This document shows positions 12,368-24,403 of a stretch of DNA of 61,075 nucleotides, piece by piece. Each line of letters starts with the position of its first letter. Position 1 is the stretch's first letter. The notes below the pieces were generated by a model. The model was not told the DNA's origin. It saw nothing but the letters and a program-made list of their open reading frames with translations, and did not search any database. Position numbers and translations under genes: made by a program. This DNA comes from Chara braunii (taxonomy: Eukaryota; Plantae; Charophyceae): the NCBI GenBank assembly GCA_003427395.1, contig BFEA01000041.1:3892803-3953877 (forward strand), given 5' to 3'.

Positions 12368-12511
12368 GTAAGAGGATGCATGTCTCCCTGTCCGGTCCCC
12401 AAATTGAAATGTCGAATTGATTGAAGTCCACTTCTAAGTATAAGAGGGAACTTTCTAGTCATGAATTTTAAGTCTGTCAGATGCATCCGGAAATGCTTTT
12501 GTACGTAGAAC

Positions 12512-12950
12512 CTAGGAAGATTTTCATGACTGGCCAGTCACCCGGGCGTGACGCCCGGGATACCCGGGCATGGGAAAAAAACTTAAAAAAATAAATAAAA
12601 AAATGGCGGTGTTTTTTTTTTCCGCGCTCTCCGAGAGTAGCCCAAATCAGGGGAGTATAAATGAATTCTAAAGGGGCTGAAGGGGTTTAAGGGGGTTGCC
12701 TTAGTGTGATTTTTTTTATTTTTATTTTTTTAATCTTCAGTTCCATGTGGAATTCTGATGTGACCCTCAGCCAAAAGTTGTTTGTATTGCAATTCTACAC
12801 AACATACTTTTTTTCAGATTTTTTTTTTGTTTTGTTTTTTTTGTGCTGGGGCTGCCTGGACCCATGCCCGGGGGTCATGCCCGGCCAGTCACCTGGTCGT
12901 CAAACCGGGCATGACGTTGGGACCCGGACGCGCCCGGGATATCTCCCTAG
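12512..12950. mobile_element. hAT-type MITE
   Basis: Termini CTAGGAAGAT...ATCTCCCTAG, perfect 8-bp TSD CGTAGAAC (12504-12511 and 12951-12958), subterminal CCCGGG motifs. Confidence 0.85.
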
Positions 12951-13808
12951 CGTAGAACCATAAATTACCTGCCACTATACCGAACACCCTCTTTTCTTAT
13001 TATGTATGGTGTGTGTTTATCGAAGTGGAATAGAAATCGCAGTGGGTGCCTTTGCTAATGAATATGCAAAGGCAACACAACAGCGGTGTCCTCTAGACCT
13101 TGATTGCAAGATCAGATGAAGTTTGAAGGGAAAGAGGTGACCGGGTTTGTTCGTTGGCATGGTCAACTAAGATGTGTAACCACCGGTCGAAAAGTAAGTC
13201 TCGGCCGGCGTAGCTTGAACACATCTCAGCGGGGACCTGACTGAGTAACAACTTATGGACTGCCAATTTTTGCCCCTCTCCTCTGCAGCCCCAGACTCTT
13301 CCTCTGCAGCCACACTGAATGATAAATATATTTACGATTTAGCCTTTTATTAGGCTGTCAGGATCTCATCTAATTAATGATCCACTGAGCCTTTGGAAGG
13401 TCACGGGTAAGCGTCTGGAAGGTCACGGGTAAGCCTTTGGAAGGTCACGGGTAAGCCTTTGGAAGGTCACAGGTATAGCTCAGTCACTCTGTCAGTTAAG
13501 CAATCCATCCAGCTGAGTGGAAGGTCACGTGCGCTCCACTTTGAGTGGTTGAATGCTGACTACAAGTGCGTCTGAAGCGCACTTTGCGCCAGCTGATCGA
13601 CCTTGAAGCCTGGGACCAAGAAATGGCAGATTACAATGAAATTAGGCTATTATCAGTCTATTATTAGCTTATCCAATCCAAATTCAATTTGGTGAAGTGA
13701 CCCACATAGCTTTTGGGAGGTCATGGGTATTTGTTACTAGCTCAGTTATCTTATCCACCCAGTTGGGTGGAAGGGTGCACGTTCCACTTCAAGTGGTTGA
13801 ATACTGTT

Positions 13809-13977
13809 AAAAAAAAAGGAAAAAAAAAAGAAAGGGCGGCCGTCTTGAGATATCATCATTGAGCTGACCGGCCCCAGGCAATTCAGAAATATTTGGTTTT
13901 ACTCGTCGAGTTCCATCATCTGGGTGCGAACTCGGGTCTGTATTTCAGCAGTTCAAGGGTGTACCCACTGAGCTAGG
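13809..13977 (-). mobile_element. tRNA-derived SINE, copy 3
   Basis: Minus strand has A-box TAGCTCAGTGGGTA, B-box GAGTTCGCACC and the same 3' body as the other copies. Confidence 0.78.
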
Positions 13978-14461
13978 TTTTTGGGTGATCTTCATCCAAG
14001 AGTGTATGGAATGTGCTTCGTGCCAGCTGATTGACCTGAAAATTGTATTCAGGAACAAGCGCTTGGTGCAATAAGCTGTACTCATATGCAGTATGGTGGT
14101 TGTTGATCAAAGTGAGTCGCCATTCCATCTATTAGTTGTAGACTGCAGGCCTGATGCCTAGTGGTCGAACTGGAACCACAGCGGTGATCTTCGTCATTGG
14201 TTAAAGGTCACATATCAGGTTCGTAGAGGCTGAACTCTTAGTGTAGAAGTGTATGTGTATACCATAGAACTCTTTTGAGTATGTATAGAATGGTACTTTG
14301 GGCTGGCTGGATGACCTCGCAATGGTGCTTGAGAGCAATCAGTCGGAGCAAGGAGCTATGCTCATGTGCGAAATCACTTGAAAGCAATCAGTTGAGCACA
14401 GATAGGCAGAAGGGTGATCGTTGTATGGGGTGTGACTCTTGGAAAGACGTATTTCCTGTGA

Positions 14462-14507
<46 letters not shown>

Positions 14508-16300
14508 CTGATGGACGTGGAACGGAAAGGATGGGAGTGCATGTAAAATGCATGTAGTCGCAAATGCGTTGAAGAGGGCCTAATACATCCTCAGTGCTGA
14601 GATGTATATCTGTAAGTTCATGAGCAAAGTACTTGTTCATCATTGGATTGAGTCGGTTGCTCCAGTTCATGAAAGAGTATCCATTGTGGTGTGCAGGATG
14701 AGCTGTTTGACAAGGCACTTCTCGTTATCCCATCTTATTCAACCTGTTCTTAGGCAATGAAAGGGAACTCCGACAATACGAGTGTTGTTGTAGAGAATGG
14801 ACTTTGTTAGTGACCAGTGACAACAGTCCAAATGGCTAAAGAACTGACTTGATGATTTGCTGAGTCTCACTTACGCAACAAGAATATAGGTAGACACATT
14901 CTGAAAATGGTGATGGGACTCTGGAAGCTTGGATGAAACATCAAACTCCCTCTTGGTTGTTTCCTCCTCCTCCCGTTGGAGCGAAAGAGCTGTACTCTGC
15001 TGTTTGTTTCTCTTCTGGGAAGTTTTGTCCCTCGAGAGTGCAAGGTCTGATCTCCGCTCTCCTTTGACGAATAGGTAAGGAACAGTAAGAAGCAGTAAGC
15101 CCAGGAGATTTTGAGCAGTCCAGGTATACATACTCGGAAGCAATTGAATAGCTCAATAGCTCATTATTATCTCTTTAAATGAGGGTGATAAAAGGACTGT
15201 AAGCCACCACTATGTCTGGTGCTGACCTACTAAGGGCACTGTGCTCAGGTAGCGTGCCAGTTTCTGGTAGTCCATCCGGGGAAAATCCAGGCGTAGAGAA
15301 GTCACCAGCCGATCGTAGTCTTTATTTTGGGAGAAATGAGGCTCTCCCACGTAGCTGTGGTTTTAGGGGTTTCTCGAGCTAGACGTAGCAGCCCCGGAAC
15401 TTGAATGGATATATGGTTATAGGTAGGTAGCGTGTCCTTGTAGACCAGTTTGAGGGGCATAGAACATGTGAAGAAGGCTCTATCCCAGTAGTGCCAGGCA
15501 GAGTCGGTTCTGATTGCAACTCGGCGTTCGCCAGGAACAACAGTACAAGAGAATCAGCCTCGCACATCCCGTCTCTTTCTGTCTTCTAAGTTCTTACCTA
15601 CAACCGTAGGCCACCTGATGCATGATGCAGCACCAAACACTCGAATCAGCCTTGCACATCCCGTCTCTTTCTGTCTTCTAAGTTCTCTCCGTACAACCGT
15701 AGGCCACCTGATGCATGATGCAACACCAAACACTCTGCCAGTGCCAATAACGTCAGATACAGCAACAGTTGAGGCAGGTAGGAAAATGTGCAGGCCCAAG
15801 GTCGGAGGTCTTTGACAGCACGTATAGGGTGGCAGCGTGCCGTTGTGGCCCAAGGAAAGGTCATTATCTAGTGTTGCCACTATGTCCACTAATTAGTGTT
15901 TGTGCCGTGTCCTCAGTTACAAGATCGTGATGTCGTGATGCATCCCCGCCTCCGTCAGGGGCACAGTTCAAGGAGTTGGAGACTGTGCGAGGGCATGCAT
16001 GCAAGTGTGGCAATTTCGGTGAGCCTGGTAAAATCGTTAAATGACTTCTGATATCATCAAAAGGGATAGGGGTAGAAACTTCAATCTGTCTGCCCCACCC
16101 ACCCACCCACACCCACGCACGCACGCATGTGTGCGTGCACACCCGTCCCGCCCCACCTTTTTTGAGGGCAGAGAGCTTAAAGAGACGAAGAGGAACCGCG
16201 CGTCTCTCACCCNGTCTTCCCTCGTACAGCGACGTCGAAAATCGTATGTGCCAGGACATTGAGGAAACCAGGCCACAAAGTGGCAACAGCATCAGAAGCC

Positions 16301-16319
16301 CTGTCTCTTATACACATCT
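16301..16319 (+). other. Nextera/Tn5 mosaic-end adapter (assembly artefact)
   Basis: Exact CTGTCTCTTATACACATCT. It is preceded by an 86-bp exact copy (16214-16299) of 41972-42057 that starts right after a single N. Confidence 0.93.
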
Positions 16320-17235
16320 AGAGAGCACGCGTGTGCCGTCTCTGCCCTGCCCCGCCCCACCCACAGACACACGCACGCAGGCAGGCGCGCTCCCACGGGA
16401 CTTCTGATATCATCAAAAGGGATAGGGGTGATTTGCACAGACTTACTGAAGTGCCCTCCGATCTGTGCGAAATAGTTGCCCAGTACACGGCTCTCTAACT
16501 CTACTGGCTTTGAGTTCTCGCCTCCTGCAAAGGAGTCTTTGCTGGTGGGCCCAAGCAGGGCATAGGGAAGAGAGGTCCCATGGTAAGCCCCTGATTTGAC
16601 TCTGGTTGAAAAGAGATGTACGGGACATCACGCACACCTCAACATTAAAAAAGAAAAAAGGAAATTTTATTAATAAAATTTTGGCAGTGGATTGCTACAG
16701 CCGCCGCTAGTTGTGTTTTCGTTGTTAGTTTTGGAGACTAATGGAATGGTGCACCACATATTGGTATCCTTCCTATCAGTTCATGAAAAACTTTGCCCAT
16801 TTTGATTGGCCAACATACGCCAGCTGTCTCCATGATGGCACATGTCAGGTCCTCTTTTCAAGAGCCACACAGGTCCTTAAGTTGAATCCAACCGTGAACC
16901 GCAAATCTTCTGAGAGCATTCTCACATTACACTCCTCTTTTAGATGCATCTGGCTGTAATTGCTGCCAGATTCAATGGAGAAAGTCTCAGTGTGAGTACC
17001 CCCTAAGCCATGCATGACAACCAGATGGCTGTCAGATTTTTTTGTGGTCCTTGGCCCTTTGGACTTCTACTGGCGAATCCCGAAAAAAAAAACAAAAAAC
17101 AAAAAAAGAACAGGGTTTGGCAAATGTCATGCTGCTGTCCTCATATCATGAGCTGCTGAACGAAGGGGGCACCAGAAGATGCTGAGATAGATTGGTGCAG
17201 AGTCTGCAGACTGTTTTTTTTTTGTTTTTGTTTTT

Positions 17236-17294
<59 letters not shown>

Positions 17295-17389
17295 GGACCT
17301 TGCTTTTTTTTTGCACGGGCGGGCTGGCCGCCCGGGATCCGGGCNNNNNNNNNNNNNNNNNNNNNNNNNNNNNNNNNNNNTTTTTTTTT

Positions 17390-17454
17390 GCAGGGGCCAT
17401 GCTAATGTTCTCTGTATCGTTCCAATTTTAACTCCTGTATCGTTCCCGAAAGAC
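17390..17454 (-). pseudogene. U6: U6 5' fragment abutting an assembly gap
   Basis: GCAGGGGCCATGCTAATGTTCTCTGTATCGTTCCAATTTTAA...CCCGAAAGAC. Confidence 0.85.
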
Positions 17455-18180
17455 TTTTCACAATGATAAAATTCGAAATTGCCACAGAGCGTTGGAGAGA
17501 ATTGCAAGGGTTAAAATAAAGAAAGAAAAAAGAAGAAAAAAGAATATTACGAAGCTGAGCCAAGCCTGTTGTGAATGCAACATCTGCCTTCAAAATAAAG
17601 TTGAGCTTGCTGACAAGCGAGCCCTGCAAGCCCTGCAGACTAGAGTGCAAGTTCTGGCGGAAAAGATGTCTTTCTGATCATCTTATGAGACCCTTGTCTC
17701 TTACGCCCTTAGGCCGTTTGAACACCTGCCTGCATGTGAACTCCAGGACTGGGCCCCACTGGCTTTTGTCCGTTTTTTTAAAACTCGAATTTATAAGTGA
17801 GGAAGACACAGCCCAATTGCGGAGATTGCTGACAGCGAGAAGTGTGGATCAGAGGATAAGCCTGTACGTTCTGAGGGGCGATTTGCATGGTGTGCCATTT
17901 GTGAGCTTTGCACTGGCCTCTTCACTGAGCCATGCGGTTGGGTTTTATTTAGCGGAGAAAGGTTTGAAGTCCTTCCAAGGAGATCGGACAAACGTACTCT
18001 GGATCTAATGCGACATCTGATCACCGATAGTTTATATAATCCTGTGGGGCCCACGCCAAGCTGCTCAGGCTACCAATTATTAGGACTGCAGAAGTTGGGG
18101 CACAACTGATACGAGAGTGCACATGTTTCTTTTTCCTTTTCTCAAATAAAGAAAAAGAAAACAAATTGTTCAGTTCAGTT

Positions 18181-18263
18181 CATTTCTATTTGTATGTGTG
18201 ATCCTTGCGCAGGCAGGAGCCATGCCAATCTTCTCTGTACCGTCCCTTAATGTTGAGGGATGT
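18181..18263 (-). pseudogene. U6: Degenerate U6 copy
   Basis: ATCCTTGCGCAGG...GCCATGCCAATCTTCTCTGTACCGT. Confidence 0.75.
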
Positions 18264-18351
18264 GCAGCAGGATGACAATGCACAGGCTGGAGTACAGCGT
18301 AAACAGCTGTCCTGTGGTCACGGGTGTATATCCAAACAGTACGGACATACC

Positions 18352-18558
18352 AACTGGCCTAGCTCAATTGGTACATCACTGAGCTGTTGAAATACAGACC
18401 CGAGTTCGAACTCCACTGAAAGCAGATGAGTGAAAACACTGAAAAGTGAAATACTGGGCCGTCCACGGAAAGCAGATGAGTGAAAACACTGAAAAGTGAA
18501 ATACTGGGCCGGTCAGTTCAACGATGATATCTCAAGGCCGTTGTCCTTTTTTCAAGAA
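18352..18558 (+). mobile_element. tRNA-derived SINE, copy 4, with an internal ~50-bp duplication and 14-bp TSD
   Basis: A-box TAGCTCAATTGGTA and B-box GAGTTCGAACT. TSD AGTACGGACATACC (18338-18351) / AGTATGGACATACC (18559-18572). Confidence 0.82.
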
Positions 18559-18593
18559 AGTATGGACATACCAGAAGAAGACTTGTGAATGTT

Positions 18594-18723
18594 GTCCTTC
18601 AGGACATCCGTTAAAACTGGAACGATATAGAGAAGATTATCATGATGGCCCCTGCACAAGGATGACACACATAAATTGAGAAATGGTCCAAGTTCTTTCC
18701 ATTAAAAAATAAATAAATAAAAA
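18594..18723 (+). pseudogene. U6: Full-length U6 retrocopy with A-rich tail and 11-bp TSD
   Basis: U6 match 18594-18691 and A-rich tail. TTGTGAATGTT occurs at 18583-18593 and 18724-18734. Confidence 0.92.
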
Positions 18724-18734
18724 TTGTGAATGTT

Positions 18735-19785
18735 GGGAATCTCTGCAACCATGCAGAAATGAAGCTATGGGAGAGGGGCCCTTTGGGCAACAAAGAAGAG
18801 ATTATATTACAAAAGGTTTAAGGGTGCCCTTTCTTTCAAATAGTCCTTTGTCGATAGTTGGGGAAAAGCTGTGATAGGTTGGGCCTTCAGGATGGTCTGA
18901 GAGACTGAGAGAGACTGGAGCGGCAGGATATGGGGTAGATGCTGGATAATACAGAATATACAGCATGCGGAATACAGGAAATATGTGTATAACCTTATAG
19001 CCGTATAAAGAAATAGGTTGATGGAGAAGGGGGAAATTGCCAAATTGGATCCATGCGAGGTGTTGCTGCTGGTGTGAATGGTAAGGAAGGGGTGAGGTAC
19101 GCCATAACATGATTCTGGCCAATTCATGAGGCGAGGCTGAACGTGGAGAGAATGCCCTGCGTCGCGTCTCAAGAAGTGGTGGACATTTTGAGCACGAGAG
19201 AAGAATTGTGAAGAAAGAAGACAAGATTCAACCAATGTAATCTCCCCCCTGCTCTCGCCATCATCAGCAACCCTCACATAATGGCTGTGGACTATTTGAA
19301 AAAAGCTGTCTTTCTCCTCATACAGGGGACAGCTTTTTATTTTTTGCGCATATATGGACCGCTCGGCAGGGGACACGGACCTTCTTCCCTGCTCTGCTCT
19401 GTACAGGGAGCAGTACCCAGGCTCCTAGCATCTGGCGCAGGGCTGGAAAGCCTGCAACAACTTCCACAACTAGCCAGGAGGCCGAAGCCAACTATCGCTG
19501 GTGGTGAACCTGAAGCGTACCACAGGGGGGTGCGGGGGACCGAATGGACAACATGGGGAATCAAACCCACGACCTCGTGAATGCCACTTACGTGCTCAAC
19601 CAACGGAGGATTCTAGAAAAATCTAGAAAAATGGTAATCCACTTCCAAGCTTGGAAGAAATGCAAGTCAGACAGCTCAACTCAATCTGGTTCTACAGCGT
19701 GTTTAGAACCTTTGCGAGAACATCAGGGAAAGCCTGGTATGCCCAAGAGGAGCTGCTCAGAGTATGTCCTCTAAGACCCCCCCGG

Positions 19786-19817
<32 letters not shown>

Positions 19818-19820
19818 AGG
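18735..19820 (+). mobile_element. Possible decayed LINE 3' fragment
   Basis: Broken Trp/Cys-rich reading frames end in a poly-C tract like the 3' ends of the two clearer LINEs in this window. No intact diagnostic motif. Confidence 0.3.
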
Positions 19821-20825
19821 TATAGAAAGAACGGAGGTAGAGGAGTGATGAATCCACCTCACTGAGGAAGTAATCAATGCCGCTGTCTCAGGGTCTCTCG
19901 GCAATAACGGAGAAGAGCGTTGAGTGAGGAGGGTTATGTAAGCGGTGCTGGCTCCGGTTTCCAGCTGTTAATTTACTCCTGTTTTTATAAGAAATGGAAA
20001 GAAGAGCGAGGGGGTGAGGGTGAGATGGAGCTATCAAGGGGTGGAGGGTGAGTGGGTAGCTATGGAGGGGTAGTGGCAGATTCCCACGTTGGGCTATGGA
20101 GACACGAGAGCAATAGTAGGTGAGAGGAGGAAGGAGTGGACCAAGAAGAGGTCTTACCTTTGGCTATGGTGGACCTTATCTCTTCGCTTAATACCTGGTT
20201 GGGGCCCCATAATGAAGGACCCTATTGGGGTACCGGTTGGACTTGGACTTCATCCATGAAGCAAGATGGCCTTAGTAGATGAGAGCCAAAGACGTAGTGG
20301 TGTTGTCCTGTGAACATCCCCAGATGATGATCTGCTACGGTTACCCGTGCTGCTAGGGGTTCAGAGAAGAGGGCGAGAGGGCTACACAATATTTCTTTCC
20401 ACAGCTCTAGTGAGGGGATCTCTCAGATACTGGTTGTTCATTTGTTCATTCATTCATTCATTCATTCATTCATGTGTTCTGTTTTTGTATTTAATTGTAA
20501 AGAGGAGTTATGTGGGGTGAAGACCAACCTCCAAAAGGAGCAGAGAAGCTAGGCGAACCCTAGTCGTTGGAAAAACTGTGCACTGCACTGGGTATGATGG
20601 GCAATGATAAGACCCCGCATACAACAAAAGAACCATTGTAGCTTATGTGTGTGGACTGTGCTAGGAGAGGACCTTAATTTCTATAATGACAGCTGGGAGA
20701 AAGGAGGTTCGGGAGAAGTTTTGAGCACTAGTGAAAGAGGAAGGACACGAAACTATAGACCAATTTCCTCAATCGCAACCTCATATCCGTCCGCAGTAAG
20801 ACGGACACGACTTATTAGTCTCTTA

Positions 20826-20951
20826 CATGGCAGCGGCGGACAACCAAACCGGACAAATCCGGACACCGGAATTCACGGTTTAATCCGAACCTCCGGTTTT
20901 CCGGTGTTTTCCGGTTAATCCGGACATGTCCGGATAGGTATATATGTCCGG

Positions 20952-21011
<60 letters not shown>

Positions 21012-21051
21012 AAAAAAAAAAATAAAAAAAAAAAGGAGAGAGAGAAAAGCG

Positions 21052-21125
<74 letters not shown>

Positions 21126-21307
21126 ATCTTGGCGCGTGTAGGTGATGAGTATCGTCGCAAGCTGTGGCTATGGCGGAGATGCCGACTTTCATGCAAGCGA
21201 CAACCCCCTCTTCTATCGGACTTTCTTTCAGTTTGGCTAAGCGGCGGTGTCCGCATCTCTAGAGCTGCTAACTGCAGCGGGTGGGCCGGTGTTGCTCATC
21301 GAGTGAC

Positions 21308-21350
<43 letters not shown>

Positions 21351-23007
21351 GGGGGGGGGAGGAAGGTGACGAAGTGAATACTCAATTAGCTGATTTGGGG
21401 CTCGATAGCAGTGGAACGCATGACATGGAAATCGATCAGCAATTGCTGGCCATTGATTTCGGAAGGAGGTGGGGGGAGAAGATGGCCAAAAACGACGGAG
21501 GCGGCCTGATTTTTCTAAGTTTTGAGGACGACGATCAAGGGGAGGAAGAAGAAGAGGAGGAAGAGGAGGAAGGAGAGGAGGAAGAGGACGACGACGAGGA
21601 GGAGGACGACGACGAAGAGGGGGAAGGGAAGGCTCAAAGGGAAGGTAGTGCCGAGTATGGTTATCGAGAAAAGGCGGATCTGGCGGCGGGAAATTTGGCT
21701 GAAGATAATGGCGCGAAGCATATTGTTTCAGACTGCGGCGATTTACCGCGCAAATCCATCGATAGGGGTAGTAGTCCATACGGATCCTTGCAATCTGTCG
21801 ATTACAGGGGTAGTTGGGGAAATGTGAAATTAGAAGCCGCGGGGATGGAGGCAAGAGAAATAAAATTTGGCAGGGATACAGGGAGCGTGGAGGAAGAGGA
21901 TCGAGGTAGTCGAACGCCTCGGTCCGTTAATCTTGCCGCGAATGCGGACTATGTTCAACTGAGGTTGGGAGGGGAGGGGGAGGGCTCTCCGCGGGAGGAC
22001 GTCGGCGGAGATTCAGAAGCGGAAATATTGACTCCGATAATTAGCCCGAGAAGATCTGCAGATCATGTTATGCGGGATTTGACGTGTGTTCGATGTGTAA
22101 CACCTGTAGCAATGCCGTCGGTTGAGGAGAAGCAGGAGAAGGACGAGAAGGAGGAGGAGGAGGAGGTATTTCTCTCTCGACGGGAGGCGGTGTGTCGCGG
22201 GCAACAAGGTGCTAATGTTGCCGCCGTGGCAGAGGAGGAGAAAGCAGGAGAGGAAGGCGGCGTAAGAGAGAGAGGAGAAGTTAGGGAGGGGGATTTTTTT
22301 AAAGGACTAAAGTGGGAGAAGGTGGGTGAGGTTGGGAGGAGGGGAGAAGAAGGGGAGGTAGGGAAGGAGGGATGGGAAAGGGAGCGTAGCACGCTCGTGA
22401 AAGGAACAAGCTCTGGTGGCGAGGGAGTGATGATGGATTTCAACAAGCCGTTAATTGATGGTAGAGGGGCAGTGAAGGGGGGGAACGGAAGGTCTAGCGA
22501 TGAAGCAGAGGGTTCTTTGGGGCCGGGAATGGAGAGCGACCGGGAGGGAGAGACGGATATGAGGAGAACGGAAGCGTCGCTCATTTCAACCTTGTCGTCG
22601 AACTTCAAGGAGGCTGGTCGATCTTCGGTCGCAGATCCGTGTGCAGGTGATCCTCCTCTCTCTCTCTCTCCCCCTAAAATTATCTCTCTCCCTAAATCCC
22701 CCTCGACGATACTGTCCAGTTTAAAGTGACCTTCATCACTTCAGCGCGGTATCAGCTGGCTGGCTTGACTAGTGAGTTGATGTTTCCCTTGGACTAATTC
22801 ATTGAAGTTTCTATTTGACGTCCTCCTGTCGCCTCATTAATCCTCTCCTCTCCCTCTCGAAGGATACCAACCAAGAGCGTGAGGTGTGTGTCAGTGTGTG
22901 TGGGGAGAGAGGGAGAGAGAGAGAGAGAGAGAGCATTTGTCGGAACCGATGAGATCGGAAATGTGAACGGAGTTCAGATGCCGAGAAGGTGGTGGTGGTG
23001 GTTGTTG

Positions 23008-23047
<40 letters not shown>

Positions 23048-23564
23048 CGGAGAGCAGTTGTCGTAACCGATGAGATCTAAAAAGAGGAACGCGTACAGAT
23101 TTCAGATGTGAGGAAGGCTGTTCGACCTATGTATGACCTCTGACCTATCGCTTAGCCGCAAGACACGGTTGCGTTAGCAACTATTCTTTTCTTCTTGATC
23201 CCCCTACCTCACTCGTTCAGGAGGTGGCTCATCTCTGAGACGTGCATCGTGCACTGCCTGGCATGACTAATCACTTCACTTCTTTTGCATCATGCCTCCA
23301 ATCGTTGAGCAGTGTGTATACGCGGTTCACTTTCATTTGATTCGGGCGAGAGAGTTACAAATCTCCCCCCCCCCCGGCCCCGGCCCCGGCCGCGCAAAAT
23401 CTTTGTATTGATGTGTCCCCAAATGGGGCAAAAAGTGTGGAATGCCCCGGTGTTGAAGGCCCCGAAACGACTTTTGCCGTCGTTTTGAACCCTGGCTGGG
23501 TCGGTAAATTGTTGTTGTAGTAAATGAAATGTAATTCCTTTTTTTTTTTTTTTTTTTTTTTTAN

Positions 23565-23603
<39 letters not shown>

Positions 23604-24403
23604 ACTTTGTGCAATTGGCACCAGAAAAGCCCTAGGGTGCATGGGGGATGTGGGAAGTAGGGGAGTGGGAAATCCCACTGAACATACCTTGTGAAAGAAC
23701 ATAGGTTTACTCTGCGAAGAAAGTCAAGGTTTACTCTGCGAAGAAATCAAATGTCGGCAAACACCACATGAATTGCAAACATCTCAACAAAGACCAAATT
23801 GGCATGAAGTTCCGCATAACCTTTTATAAAACAGTTTGAACTTTGAACTTTGAGGTGTGAAGACTAGGAAGTTCGAACTTCGGGTGATGTGCTGTGCTCC
23901 TCACGCTGCGCTTGCTGCAGCTGCTGCTAGTCGTGCTGTGCCTGCTCCACGTCTGTCCTTGCCTGCTGTGCTCGCCTCCTTGCCCTGCTTCTTCCTTCCT
24001 CGGGCGATGGCGGCAGTACCGGGCGTGCATACGTTTGAATGTCGTACCGGAGGGGGGCGGCCAAAGTCACCAACGAAGGACTTCAAAATTGAAGCCCGCT
24101 TTCACTTCCGGGCCGCCAAAACGGAGAAAGCCCATTCAAATGGGCAGAAGAACAAAAAGCCAAAAAAAAAAAAGACAATCAAAAGAGGAAAGTTCCGGCC
24201 CCTACCTGATATCGCTCGGAGGCCTTAACAAATGGGCCCTTATTTTTGGTGGGCGGCCCAGGGCATGAGGGAACGCCCCGGGCCGCAAAAAAAAAAAAAA
24301 GACCATTGCCAAAAAATGTTTGGAATCCGGTCCGGACCGGTTCACCGGACACTGGACTCCGGACGGGCCGGATCCTGGTCCGGTTGTCCGGATCGCTGCC
24401 ATG
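20826..24403. mobile_element. Candidate non-autonomous hAT-like element, or two separate ends of one MITE family
   Basis: Left end CATGGCAGCGGCGGACAACC; the right end reverse-complements to CATGGCAGCGATCCGGACAACC. Both ends have CCGGAC subterminal arrays. Flanks are GTCTCTTA and GT(GACT)CTCTTA. Confidence 0.5.
21425..22646 (+). CDS. Long acidic, low-complexity coding exon (first exon or cassette exon), function unknown
   Basis: Part of the 482-codon open frame 21281-22729, with a poly-E/D tract. ATG at 21425, donor GCAG|GTGATC at 22646 in phase 1. A weak in-phase acceptor is also present at 21390. Confidence 0.55.

Noticed and set aside
16214-16299. Apparent duplicated exon shared with 41972-42057
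   Set aside because: It is bounded by an N and a Nextera adapter, so it is treated as an assembly artefact.
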